Below are positions 16,059-29,836 of a stretch of 64,000 nucleotides of DNA, in pieces. The position numbers and the translations under genes are program-made. This stretch comes from the human T2T-CHM13v2.0 reference genome, Homo sapiens. Every line of letters starts with the position of its first letter. Position 1 is the stretch's first letter. Under the pieces are notes generated by a model, which saw only the letters and a list, made by a program, of their open reading frames with translations, searched no databases and had not been told where the DNA came from. The DNA is taken from assembly GCF_009914755.1 (NCBI RefSeq), contig NC_060928.1. One strand, written 5' to 3'.

Positions 16059-16831
16059 TGAAGGAGGTCAGGAAACGCCACCACAAAATACATTTTGGTA
16101 TGCTGATTACTTCGAACTGGAGGGCACTTGGAGAACAGTGGTGCAGGCAGAGGTCTTCTCTGAGCTCTCCTTATCCGCCTAAAGACAGATCCTCCAAAAG
16201 GAACGCAACCGTTATTTCCTCTCTCTGGGAATCTTATCAACCAGGTAAGATTAATTTCAATCACAAGAAAAGAGACTACGGATTAACTCCATGCCCTGAC
16301 GATAGCCTGTTCTTCTGAGGGGTGCAGAGTCTCGTAATCTGCATAACAAGACAAGCTTTGTTCACCTTGTATTTCCTCCCCTCACCTTCCCATTCCTTGT
16401 GTCTCCACCACCCACTAGAAGCCCCAGGCCTCTATTCCTTTCTGTAGCTCTGGATACTATATAAGCTTCAATCATCTGATCCTTCTTTGAAACTCATATT
16501 TTGTAGAACTCCCATGTGTATGTATGTAATTAACTATGGTTTTCCTTCTGTCAATCTGTCATATGTCCATTTAATTTGTAGCCCAGCCAAGGAACCTCAT
16601 TCCTTGTGTCTCCACCACCCCCCAGAAGCCCCAAGCCTCTATTCTTTTCTGTGGTTCTGGATGCTATATAAGCATCAATCATCTGACCCTTTTTCGAGAC
16701 ATATTTTGTAGAACTCCCATGGGTATGCACATAATTAAATATGGTTTTCCTTCTGTTAATCTGTCATATGTCCATTTAATTTGTAGCCCAGCCAAGGAAA
16801 CTGAAAGAGAGAAATTTTTCACTCCCCTACA
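16059..16831 (+). mobile_element. ERV1 solo LTR (MER34/MER39-like) with internal ~206 bp tandem duplication
   Basis: TG...CA termini (tgaaggagg ... ctcccctaca), 4-bp TSD aaac at 16055-16058 and 16832-16835, tatataag boxes. Confidence 0.8.
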
Positions 16832-17083
16832 AAACCTGTGTTTTCTTACTTGAAGTACGGTGGTCTTTTTACTCTATTACTACTGCCTCTCAGCCTATAT
16901 ACTTGAGAATAAACTGAAACATTAATATATTTTAAAAGGAGTAGATAAAACAGCTGGGCTTGACATAATTGAATTTTCTTATTGAATATATGGTGGACAA
17001 CATAATGGATTTCATGACGTGATTTGAAAGGTGACTAACACTCCTTTGGTTCTGTGATGCACAACGATAAAAAAAGTAATGCA

Positions 17084-17440
17084 GGCCGGGTGTGGTGGCT
17101 TATGCCTGTAATCCCAACACTTTGGGAGGTTGAGGCAGGCAGATCACCTGAGGCCAGGAGTTTGAGACCCGCCTGGCCAACATGCTGGAACCCCATCTCT
17201 ACTAAAAATACAAAAAATTAGCCAGGAGTGGTGGTGGGCACCTGTGGTCTCAGCTACTTGGGATGCTGAGGCAGGAGAATCGCTTGAACCCAGGACGCAG
17301 AGGTTGTAGTAAGTCAAGATTGCACCACTACACTCCAGCCTGGGTGACAGAGCGAGACTCTGTCTCAAAAAAAAAATAAAAAATAAAAAAATAAAAAAAT
17401 AAAAAAAATAAAGAAAAGAGAAAAAGAAAAAGGAAAAGAA
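17084..17440 (+). mobile_element. AluSx/Sz-like
   Basis: Full dimer with extended A-rich tail. Confidence 0.95.
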
Positions 17441-20317
17441 AATAATGGTGATGTAGTATCATTTGAAAGACATTAGGGCTTACTTCATAAATCTTTGTCA
17501 TTCACATTTGAAAATTATACTGTTGAGGACATGTCTGTGTTGTGCATGGGTAGCTGAAACCTGATATTGGCCACGTTCCATTTTATCTACATTTAAGTGG
17601 GGATTAGACATTTGACCCCAATAAATGGAATCCTAGTGCTCTAGGGTACATAGAGGATATTCCAGAGCATTTGGTCGCTTAAGTGAAGAATCGTTTGTCT
17701 GAACTCTAATGAAAGAGAGAATGAGGTTTTGAGTGACACTGACTAGGTAGAGGCCTGGAAAGTAACTTGGTGGTTGTTGGTAATGAAGAGGAGGCCCAGC
17801 CTTAGGTACCAGAATGTCAGCAGGTACCCGTAGCTAACACCTAATTAACTCCACATCTGTCCTCTGTTGTTCCTGGCCCTCTGCCCTTACTCCCACAATG
17901 CCTGAGGCTCTCCTCTGTATACCCCAGCATCTTAAACAATCCAGGCTCTCTCTGCTCTCCCCTGTCCATGCATCCTGAAAGTCCAAGCCTACCCTAAAAC
18001 CCATGCACTAGCACCATCTCCTCATGGGACTGAGGACGGGACCTTCCAAGGGGGTAGTAATAGCCCCTGAAATGTACATAACTCTCAATGCCTTGTAAAG
18101 CCCTTTCATATATAATAGCTTATTTGATGTTCACAATTTATCCATGAAGCAGGCGAGGAATATTCTGATTCTGTTTTATGGACGTGAAAGTTGAGGTTCT
18201 CAGAAGTAAGGTAAGTGGCAGAACCACCACCATCTACCACATCTTTAGGATCCTTTCTCCTCTACAGTGATTCATAAACCTCTGTACCAAAGGCTCTTAA
18301 AAGTCCATGGGAATAACTCCACAATGATGATAAAATAAATTCCCCTCATTGTAAAGCAATTTTTTAAAAACCCATAAAATTATATTAAGTCTATTGAAGC
18401 TAACACTGTATTCAAATGCAATAAAATAACTATATAAATGCTTTGCTTAAAAGGACAGCACCCTAATTAAGAAGATTGTTAAAAGGATGGAGCATATGAA
18501 TACATCTATTACACAGGATTTACTAGAACTCTTTGTACCCACAGCAATAAAGTGGGACCAGCTGTTGCCTGGAACACGGAAACAGCCTTATGAGGTAGAA
18601 ACTGGATATTATAGTGATTCTTCTTAAAAATGAAGGTGCTTGCACATTCTCTGGATTCCTTCTTACATTTTATTTCATTCAAGATGTATCTTGTATATTT
18701 TATGCATCTTCTGTGTCCCAGCTTCTGCATTTGTGGGCAAGCTATCCTTGAATATCCATTTCATGCTTGAATTTGCAGGGCTAAAGACACTTTGCAGCAT
18801 TGGCTCTTTCTGCCTCTGTAAAATGACATCTTTGTTTGAAAAGCCTTTTTGTTTTTGATGGCTACAAATCCAAGAGACTCCATTTCCAAAAGTCCACTGC
18901 CTGTCTGCATTTTTGGGCGTGGGATTCATGATGCCTGTAAAGCGTTCTTCCTTTGTTTACACTCCTTTCGCTGTCTCAGACTTTAGCTGACACTTGGCTC
19001 CATGCCATGGTCATGGGCTCTTGTGCCTCTGCTCTATTAGCGAGGCATCTTGTCAACATGGTGGGCCAGCAAGCGTACTGGTGAGATTTCATGCATTCCC
19101 TCTCTATGACATTAGGATGGTGGATGAAAAAGGTAGAAGATAGGTCTGTGCTGGGACTAAGGGCATGGTGGTAAAGGTTGAGTATTACAGTCCACACAGC
19201 AAGACAAGGCTCTCATCCCACCTACTTTAAGAAGCAATCCCCAATGGGCCAACAGTCACTAGTTTCCCCGGAGGAGTCATCTCAGCACTTTGAGATCCAG
19301 TTTGTTTTACGGTACTCTCCATGTTGCTCTCTGGGTAAAAGAGCATTTTTCTTCTGGTTATATCATGTCTGGGTGTGGAAAGGGGAGTCACTGACTCTGG
19401 CTTCACGCTTGGGGTGCTAGCTCAGGTTCAGCATAGAAAAAAGAAAACCATTACAAATATAATATTTCAAGCAGAAAGAGATTGGCTTCATCTAGGAAAT
19501 TCAGTGCTCACAACATTTTAGAAGAGAAGGAGTAGTAAAAATCAGCTTCTGGTGTTTTGGTTTCAAGATCAACCACTGTTGCTATAAGCTAGAGGTCAGA
19601 AAACCTGAGCTCCTGCCACCTCTGTTCCAGACACTGGTGACCAGGGAGTGGAGTGCAGAGCCCAGTTGTTGCTACTTGCTTTTGTTGGCACATTCTTGTC
19701 TGCTGTCACAGCTGTGGGAAAACAGTCTCCACCTCTCCTCTGCCTTCCAAATAGCATGAAAGTTCATTTCACTGGCAGAATTTAAATCTCACCCAGAACC
19801 CTGGCTGCCTTCCAGACCCTTGGAGGAAACACAAATGAGGGTAAGAGTAGATGTCTACTGTCAGCAGATAATATCTAGTATGGCACTTTGGTTGCTGTTT
19901 AGTGACTTTTTTTTTTTTCTTTTTCCCATAGGAGGATAAGGTGAGATTCCTTCACAAATGGTGGCTCCAACTGGAATTCATTGTCCCAAATTCTGAGAAC
20001 TCCTGAGGAAAGATCCAAAAGTAATATGGCTCAAGATTTTTGAACTGCCCAGGCTCTACTCAGGCTCTTGGACAGCTTGCCCATCTCAAAGGTTTGTTTT
20101 TTCTCTGCAACAATGTTCAATATGGTGTAGGCAAAGAAACAGCATTTGGAATCATAAGATGAGGGTTTGCATTTCACCTCTACCTCTTTCTACATCAAAG
20201 GCATTTCACTGGCAGAACTGAAATCTCACTCAGAACCCTGGCTGCCTTCCAGATGCTAGGAGGGTAGGAGTAGATGTTTACTGTCAGCAATATCTAGTGT
20301 GGAACTTTGGTTGCTTT

Positions 20318-20525
20318 TGGGTAGTCCAACCTTTTGGCTTTCCTGAGCCACACTGGAAGAAGAAGAATTGCCTTGGGCCACACATAAAATACACTAACAT
20401 TAATGATAGCTGATGAGCAAAAAAGACCTCATAATGTTTTAAGAACATTTACAAATTTGTGTTGGGCAGCATTCAAAGCCATCCTGGCTGCGTGTGGCCT
20501 GTGGGCCATGGGTTGGACAAGCTTG
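20318..20525. mobile_element. MER30 (hAT-Charlie)
   Basis: ccacactggaagaagaagaattgccttgggccacacataaaatacactaac...gggttggacaagcttg. Confidence 0.88.
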
Positions 20526-20669
20526 TTCTAGATGTTCATTTATTATTTCTGAGCCTCAGTTTCTCATTTGAACTATGAAGAAAATGATTGGATTATTGCT
20601 AGAATCCAGGGGAAGAATGGATTTGTAAACTGTAACGCTTGCTTTAGAGACTGGGAGTGCAAGTGGATG

Positions 20670-21016
20670 ATAGGTCTCAGCTGTATCCCTGACCTGATGT
20701 GGCTCTTAGCCTAAGAAAGTCATCTCATCCAAGGGCTTGCCCTCTTTCTGGGGCAGCCTGTATTCAATGACCAGGGAGAAGAGAAGGGATACAAATATCT
20801 CAGTCCCCTAAAGGGCCCTCCAGCTCTTGAGCTCCCCGTGGTATCAGATGAGGATTCTACTGGAACATCATCACAGTTCAAGTTCTCTCTCTGCCCTCTC
20901 CTGTGTACCTTGCCCTGTGATCCAGGGGACAGATGTTGATCCAGAGGACACTCCTCCCAAAACCTCCTTGCACAAAAATTTCTGTCTGGGATTCTGTTTC
21001 CTGGGAAACCCAAACA
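20670..21016 (+). mobile_element. LTR16A-like ERVL LTR fragment
   Basis: ccaagggcttgccctctttctggggcagcc...gatgttgatccagaggacactcc...tctgtttcctgggaaacccaa. Confidence 0.65.
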
Positions 21017-21549
21017 TCAACACTGGCTTAGCAGAAAAGGAATTTATTAAAGGATAATAAGTAGCTCATAGGATCTCTAGGAAGGCCAGCAAGCCAGGCG
21101 TGGAGAACGCGTTCTAAGAAACAAAGCCTCAGATCACTCCCTAAGATAGCTCCCTGGGAAATCTACAGAGAAAGATGGGACTCATAAAGTGGGGGATATC
21201 TTCAAATGTAGGAAGGAGATTCAGATACTGGAATCAACAACAAAAGAAAAGGCAAATGCCTGGGAAGCCTCATTGTGATGTTAGTTATGGAAATATTTGG
21301 TAATAGATTCTTGCAAAAGTACAATTATACTTTATTAGAGGTCTTTGTAGGGGTCATAATCTTAACCCACAGTCAATTTACCAGATCAGTAGAAGGGCTG
21401 TTTTTGGTCGGAGAATGGTGCACTGCCTTTGGAAGCAGAAAGTCTGGACCAAGAATAGATGCACAGTAGATAATCAAAAAATGAATCCTAAATACTCAGT
21501 TTCCCTACGGTTCAGACTCACCCTTTTCTGTACAACACTGTTATTAGTT

Positions 21550-22536
21550 GATCTTTCTCAGTCCCCTGGCTTCAATACCATCTTGATGATGGTGAATGCA
21601 ACATTCATAGCACCAGCCTTAACCTCTCTGCTGAACTTCAGATTTATAGATTCAAACCTCTCCCCTTTAATACCCAAAAGACATTAATTAAACCAAAAAA
21701 GAAATCTTCACTCTGCCCCCAAATCTGCCTCCCCCACCACTCTTTCATTTCAGAAATTCACACTGCCCTGAGTCAGGCTGGGGCTTCATGCTCCCTTCCT
21801 GTGGCTAATAAGCCCTACTTGAAAAGATTCTCTAAATTCATTCACTTTTTTCCTTCTGCATTATGCCCTCCTGAGTCACCAGCCACTATCGCACTTGCAC
21901 TATTACATCAGGCTCTGCATGAACTCCCTGCTTCCACTTCCCCGTTTAATCCATCCTTTACCAAGAGCATCATGTAATCCACCTTTGACTCTAAGTGGAT
22001 TTAGAATAAAATCTAAATTCCCAGCTGTCTATGATGAGTACTCACAAACCCAGTGCTCCAGCACTGACCTGGCCTCCCCCTGCCACCCCATCCCACCTCT
22101 CTGACCTCAATCTTCTACAGTGCTCCCTCTGTCCATTAGCCTGTTCCAATCACACCCATCCCTTTTAGCTATGGGGCCTTTAGCTACAGGGCCTTCTGTG
22201 CTCAGAAGGTGCTGCCTTCAGATTGTACGAGGCTGGCTCCATCTTTCAATCAAGCCTCAACTCAAATGGCCTCCTGGAGAGAACTTGCCCATCACCCAAT
22301 TTAAAATAGCCACTTTCTCTCCGGTCACTTTCTATTAGATCACTCTATTATATTTTCTTCACAGCATTTACTACCATTTAAAACTATCTGAATGTTGATT
22401 TATTGTCCTCCTTCACTTAAATACAAACTTTTTGAAAACTCCAACTTTGTCTCTCTTGTTCATGCTGCAGCCCAAGTGTCTAGATCAGTACCTGGCATGT
22501 AGGAGGCATTCCATATATATTTCTAGAAGGAATTAA
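21550..22536 (+). mobile_element. L2 3' region
   Basis: ggcttcaataccatc...; 3' end cttgttcatgctgcagccc...agtacctggcatgtaggaggc. Confidence 0.75.
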
Positions 22537-22571
22537 CCTTATTCATCAACCTGTCTTATCTACAAAAATCT

Positions 22572-23400
<829 letters not shown>

Positions 23401-23402
23401 TA

Positions 23403-23968
23403 TAGAACTGAACTGTCAAATATGGTAGCCACTATCCACATGTACTTTAAAAGTTGTTATTATTATTATTTTAGAGACAAGTTCTCACTACATGACTTTA
23501 TTATCAATATAAGTCATATAATCAATATAAATCAATCACCCAAGTTGGAGTGTGGGTGGCATGATCATAGCTCACTGCAGCCTTGAACTCCTTGGCTCAG
23601 GCAATCCTCTTGCCTCAGCCTCCCAGGTAGCTAGGACTATAGCCTTGTACCACTATGCCCTGCTCATTTATTTTATATTTTAGTTTTTTTGTAGAGACAG
23701 GGGTCTCACTATGGTGCCCAGGCTGCTCTTGAACTTCTGGTCTCAAGGGATCCTCCCAACTTGGCTTCCTAAAGCACTGGGATTATAGGCATGAGCCACC
23801 ATACCCAGCTCGCATGCAGTTATTTAAATTTAACTTTAAATTAATTAAAATTCAATGAAATTCAAAATTTCAATCTTGAGTAACACCAGTCACATTTCCA
23901 GTGCTCGATAAGCACATGTGGCTAGTGGCTACCATGGAGGGCCGTGCAGATTCAGAATATGCCCATCA
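23403..23968. mobile_element. MER3-like hAT element split by AluJ
   Basis: ctgtcaaatatggtagccact ... cacatttccagtgctcgataagcacatgtggctagtggctacc. Confidence 0.75.
23457..23810 (-). mobile_element. AluJo-like carrying a ~46 bp non-Alu insertion
   Basis: atcatagctcactgcagccttgaactcc... J-type; extra AT-rich insert at 23490-23535. Confidence 0.92.
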
Positions 23969-24399
23969 TATTCTGGAGTTCAATGCTTAATTTCTGATTT
24001 GTCTTTTTACTGCCATAATTTGTCTCTCCTCCATGCCCAATATTATGGACTACATATTCAAACAGTAATATTAGGGATGGGGTGGGGTCAAAGTGACTTT
24101 ATCTTAAGATTCTTGCTGCTTTCCTTTTTCATCTAAACCTTTACTCCATCTCCAATCCCTGACCTTTCCCTGATTCTGAGAGTGGAGCCAGCCAGGGCAG
24201 TCCAGCAACGCTGTACCTCCTTTGCATCCTTCTCAGGTTCCTATCTTGGTCTAGACCAGAGGATATAACTAAGAATATCAAAGACAGAGTGAAGAAGCTC
24301 AGACTGGGACAAATGGGGCCATAGGCTCTGCTCTCAAGAGCCCTGCTATACCTGTCCCCTGGCCTAGAGGGAAGAATGGCCATGCTAGGGTATATTGTG

Positions 24400-24930
24400 G
24401 ATCTGTCCACCAAGCTGGCACCTGAAAAGGAATCCCAGCTAGATCCCAGAGAGTCCAGAGTGCCAGAGAGGGCTGAGATGGAACTGAGTCAGCTGGGAGG
24501 ATCCTGAACCCTGTCCAAGCCAGGAGAAAACAGACCACAAGTGCCCCAGCTGCATACATCAGCAGGACACTTCCTCTGAACAGCCTGTGTGAATAGCAGT
24601 CTAATCACCCCCACAAATGCCAGCTAGCTCACAGCTATGCACTAGCACAATTTGAGGGGCCTCCCTCTCCCCCACTGGCCCAAAGTGCCTTCCTTCCACA
24701 TTCCCAGATACCATCTTAGAGAGAACCAGGAAGAATATTGTAAATTGGAAAAACTGACTCACTCCAAAGAGACTGCTTACTGGAATAGCCTGAGTATACC
24801 AGATTGGTCTAAAATTCAGTTTACCAGAATCTCTCATTAGTCAGTGGTGTGGGGGTTAGGAAACATTTAAAGACCATAAAATTATAGAGCTACATTTTCT
24901 TTGCACTTCTGAGCCTAGAGTGAGTAAGTC
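24400..24930 (+). mobile_element. Possible ancient Gypsy-like LTR (MamGypLTR/LTR8x-like)
   Basis: gagactgcttactggaatagcctgagtataccagattgg...agctacattttctttgcacttctgag...gtgagtaag resembles my recollection of such 3' ends; weak. Confidence 0.3.
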
Positions 24931-25555
24931 TGAGACTGAACTCTACCTGTCCTGAATCATGCAGACTGCTTTTCTGGGCAAAATATGGCCCTAAACATCT
25001 TCTGGCACTTGGTAAATTAGTTTCTTGTAAGTCTTCCTTAACTAAGGGGAGTGGGGAGTTTTCAACTACTGGAGTTGTATTCCAACATCATTGTACTCTT
25101 TTCACCTTCCTGGGCTCCTACAGCAAGATAGCCCAGTAGCCCCTGGTCTTCCAGTCCCCCAACACTGCTTCTGGCCAGGCTTACCTCTGTGATGCTGGAC
25201 GCTGATGGGGCCAGTGTCCTGCTTCTTCAAAACAGGGCAAGCAAAATGCCTTGTCTATGGGTGTTGGAGATAAAGATGGAGATAATCATCAAAGTCTTCC
25301 TTCTCCTTGCTAGCGGTGCAGCATAAGTGTGTGTAGGAAGGAGGTGATTGGAGAATAGAATCAGCAGAAAATAGAGCACATTGCTTAAGGAGAGGTCTAC
25401 TGGCTTGGAAAAACCTACAGCAGTTGAAAATTTCAGCTCAGTTCCTTTCCCAAGAGGAGTACTACTGGCTTTCTTTCCAAGTCTAACTCATTAGGCATCA
25501 AAACTCAAGTTAATTGGCTAGTAGTTTTAATTGTGTGCATATATATGTTCTGCTT

Positions 25556-26001
25556 TGCACTGGATTGAAGAATATCCTTCCAAAATGTATGTTCACCTGG
25601 AATCTCGGAATGTGATGTTATTTGGAAACAGGGTCTTTGCAGATGCAATTAGTTAAGATGAGGTCATACTGGGTTAGTACTCCCTAAATTCCATATGACT
25701 AGTGTCCTTATTATAAGAAGAGAAGACGCACATGCGCGCACCTACATAGACACACACAAAAATACACATACGCACAGAATGCACGTGATGATAAAGGCAG
25801 AGAATGCAGTGATGTGTCTACAAGCCAAGGAATGCCAGCCACCACCACAAGTTAGGAAGAGGCAAAGAAGGATTTCCCTGGTTTCACAGGGTGGATGATT
25901 TCAGATTTCTAGCCCCCAGAAATTTGAGACAATAAATTCCTGTTGTTTTAAGGCACCTAGTTTGTGGAACTTTGTTACAGCAGCTCTGAGGAACTCCCAC
26001 A
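25556..26001 (+). mobile_element. MLT1C-like LTR
   Basis: tatttggaaacagggtctttgcagatgcaattagttaagatgaggtcatactgg...ctttgttacagcagctct. Confidence 0.88.
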
Positions 26002-27496
26002 TGCTTATAAGGGGTCAGAATGATAGAACACTTAAATAAGCCCAGGCTAATGGGAACACCAGTCTTCAACAACAACACCCTCTAACATTTAAAGGGGCCC
26101 AAGCGTAAAGTCTACAGCAATTGTTACTAGAAGGTCCAGCCTGCCCCTGACCTATTCTGCAGCTCTCCTACCACATTCCCAGTCCAAGACCCTTTAATCC
26201 AAGCACATTGTTTCCCCTCCTTAGTTCCTCTTTCACCTCTCCTGTCCAAGAAGAGCACAACACCCAAAACAGTGTTCCTGGCCAGGTCCACGCTGCACTG
26301 CCAGTCCCCTGGGGAATGTAATTCCTTTACTTCCTTTTCAGGGTTTCTCAGGCTAATCTGACTGCCAGGCAGCTTCCTTGCCTTAGAGAATGGGCGGGTG
26401 GGGGTGGGGGGGTGGGGCGGCAGAAGTTAAGCAGGAAGGGGAAGAAGACAAGCTCTGACCACCACCCAGGAAACATTTTTATCCAACCATCACCATCTTC
26501 ACTGTGACTAAAAAATTACCTTTTTTGTTTCCTTTGAAGGAATAATTTAATTGATGAAGCAGATACATAGAGCTCAAGCCTTCAGAAACCTCTGCAGTAT
26601 TCATTGAATGAGAAGCTCACACTCCTTCTTGGTCATTTATTACTCATTCATGGACCATCAGAGTTTGCTTTCCTCTAACTGAAGGTCTAGGAAGGAAATC
26701 AGTTGAAATAGGAGAAGGGGACTAAAGATTAAATACTGAAAGAGGAATCTTCTCCCCTTCTCTTCTCTCACCTCCAAGTGTTTGATGCTATGTCAAATAA
26801 TGTTAATTACAAACAATAATATGAAGGTGCTTCAAATGCACAATGTTTTCCTAAGAAAATGTATTACAGCTACTTTACAACTCAGACTATAATTAAGTGG
26901 ACTAAAGGGGAATGTATGAAATACAGAGCATGAACTTTCCTTAGAGGTTTAAAAAGAGAAAAATGCGGATATCGGTAGGGACCTCCTTTACGGTTCCTTT
27001 TGAATAACATGATTCATATTACTTTTTTAAAAGAATATTTTTAACTGCCTGGCTCCCTTTGTATTTTTTAAAAGGCCATGGAGACGTATGGCTAGGTCTT
27101 GGGGAGACATAGTAATTAGAGACATAAGAATAGCTAGCACAATTTCTCATATGGAAAATGTCTCAACTGTGGTCATCACGACATGGGTTTGGGAATACGC
27201 CACCTCATTCCACAAGACAAAGCTGGGAGAAAATATGTTAGTCATAGGGATGTGGAAGTGAATTCCCCAAAAAACAAAACACATGCTCCCCTGTACACCT
27301 TTGAAAATACCACATTTATCATAGGCCACATTTTATTTATAGAATGCTGTGTTATCTACCGCCACTTGAAATGAGAGACCTAGAATAAATATTTTTTGGT
27401 CAATGAGTTTTGGATTTTACATTTTCCCAAGTTTTCAACTTCCTTGATTACTCACGCGGAAAGCATTCTAAGGAGAGAGATTTCAGAGTTGTTTAC

Positions 27497-28312
<816 letters not shown>

Positions 28313-28802
28313 CTTGCTTTTGCTAACTTACTTTTCTGACCCAGTATTCTTGTATTGAGTTTATCTCTCCACAAGTTTGAAAACTCTTGGTCTTTTGTTG
28401 TTTTCATGACCAATATATATTACATCCACCTACACAAGGATACTCTTTTCTTTATTGTAGAAGTGACTTAGGTCACAGCAATAAAGAAGAGCCTTGTATG
28501 AACAACAGTATTTCTCAATTTGCCCATATTTCAAGCCATCTTGTGATTTGCAGCGGCAAGTAATTCTCACACTCCTCCTTAGAATGGAGGTTGAACTTTG
28601 TTCAAAAACCCAGTCTGACTGCTGGTGGGACTGTAAATTGATTGAAACTTTCTGGAGGGCATGGTTGTAATACATATCTAAGCTCTAAGCATATGCATGC
28701 TGTTTGGCTTAAAAATTCCCTTTCTCGAAATTTATCTCAAGAATATAGTCAGACAAGCATTCAAAGAAGTATGATAAGGATGTGCACTACAGCATTGGGT
28801 TA

Positions 28803-29542
28803 TCATTATTATTATTGTATAAATTTAAGGGATACAAGTGCAATTTTGTTACATAGCTATATTGTGTAGTGGTGAAGTCTGGGTTTTTAGTGTATCCATA
28901 ACCCAAATAATGTACACTGTATCCATTAAGTAATTTTTCCATCATCCATTTCCCCCTCAACCCCTCACCCTTCAGAGTTTCCACTGTCTATCATTTTATA
29001 CTTTATGTTCATGTGTACACATTTTTAGCTTCCACTTATAAGTGAGAACATGTGATATTTATCTTTCTGTGTCTGAGTTGTTTCACTTAAGATAATGGCC
29101 TTCAGTTCCATCCATGCTGCTGCAAAAGATATGATTTCATTCCTTTTTATGGCTGAATTGTATCTCACTGTGTATATATGCCACATTTTCTTTATCCAGC
29201 CATCCACTGATTGACACTTAGATTGACTCCATATCTTTGTTATTGTGAATAGTGCTGTGATGAACATATGAGTGCATGTTTCTGTTTGATATAATGATTT
29301 CTTTTCCTTTGGGTAGATACCCAGTAGTGGGATTGCTGGAATGAATGGTAGTACTATTTGTAGTTCTTTAAGAAATCTCCATACTATTTTCCATAGAGAT
29401 TGTGCTAATTTATATTCCCAACAGTGTATAAACATTCCCTTTTCTCCATATCCTTGCCAACATCTGTTTTTTTTTTCTTTTTAGTCATAGCCATTCTAAC
29501 TGGTATAAGATGATATCTCATTGTAGTTTAAATTTGCTTTTC
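28803..29542 (-). mobile_element. L1PB4-like 5'-truncated 3' end
   Basis: gtataaatttaagggatacaagtgcaattttgttacat...; ORF 29025..29435 is the ORF2 C-terminus; TSD-like tacagcattg / tatggcattg. Confidence 0.88.
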
Positions 29543-29678
29543 TTATGGCATTGTTTATGACAGTAAAAAATTAAAACTTGAAGACAACCAAAATGGATAA
29601 AATAGGCAGTAGGTATTATAACTTAGAAACTATCAGCACAATGAAATACCATGTAGCCATTTAAAACTGTGCTGCAGT

Positions 29679-29836
29679 AGCTGGGGCATGGTGGAATGCA
29701 CCTGTAGTAGTCCCTACTCGGGAGGTTAAGGTAGGAAGATCACTTGAGTCAGGAGCTTGAGGTTGCAGTGAGCTGTGATCATGCCACTTCATTCCAGCCT
29801 AGGCAATAGAGCAAGATCCTGCCTCAAAAAAAAAAT
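29679..29836 (+). mobile_element. FRAM / AluJ right monomer
   Basis: Single right arm with poly(A). Confidence 0.85.

Noticed and set aside
16391-16802. CRISPR-like or other repeat-spacer array
   Set aside because: Only two contiguous ~206 bp units with no spacers, inside an LTR in primate DNA; no cas-like genes.
18480-19420. Unique ~0.9 kb stretch with several overlapping short ORFs
   Set aside because: No consistent frame, splice pair or recognisable homology.
29025-29435. 136-aa ORF
   Set aside because: C-terminal L1 ORF2 remnant in a 5'-truncated element.
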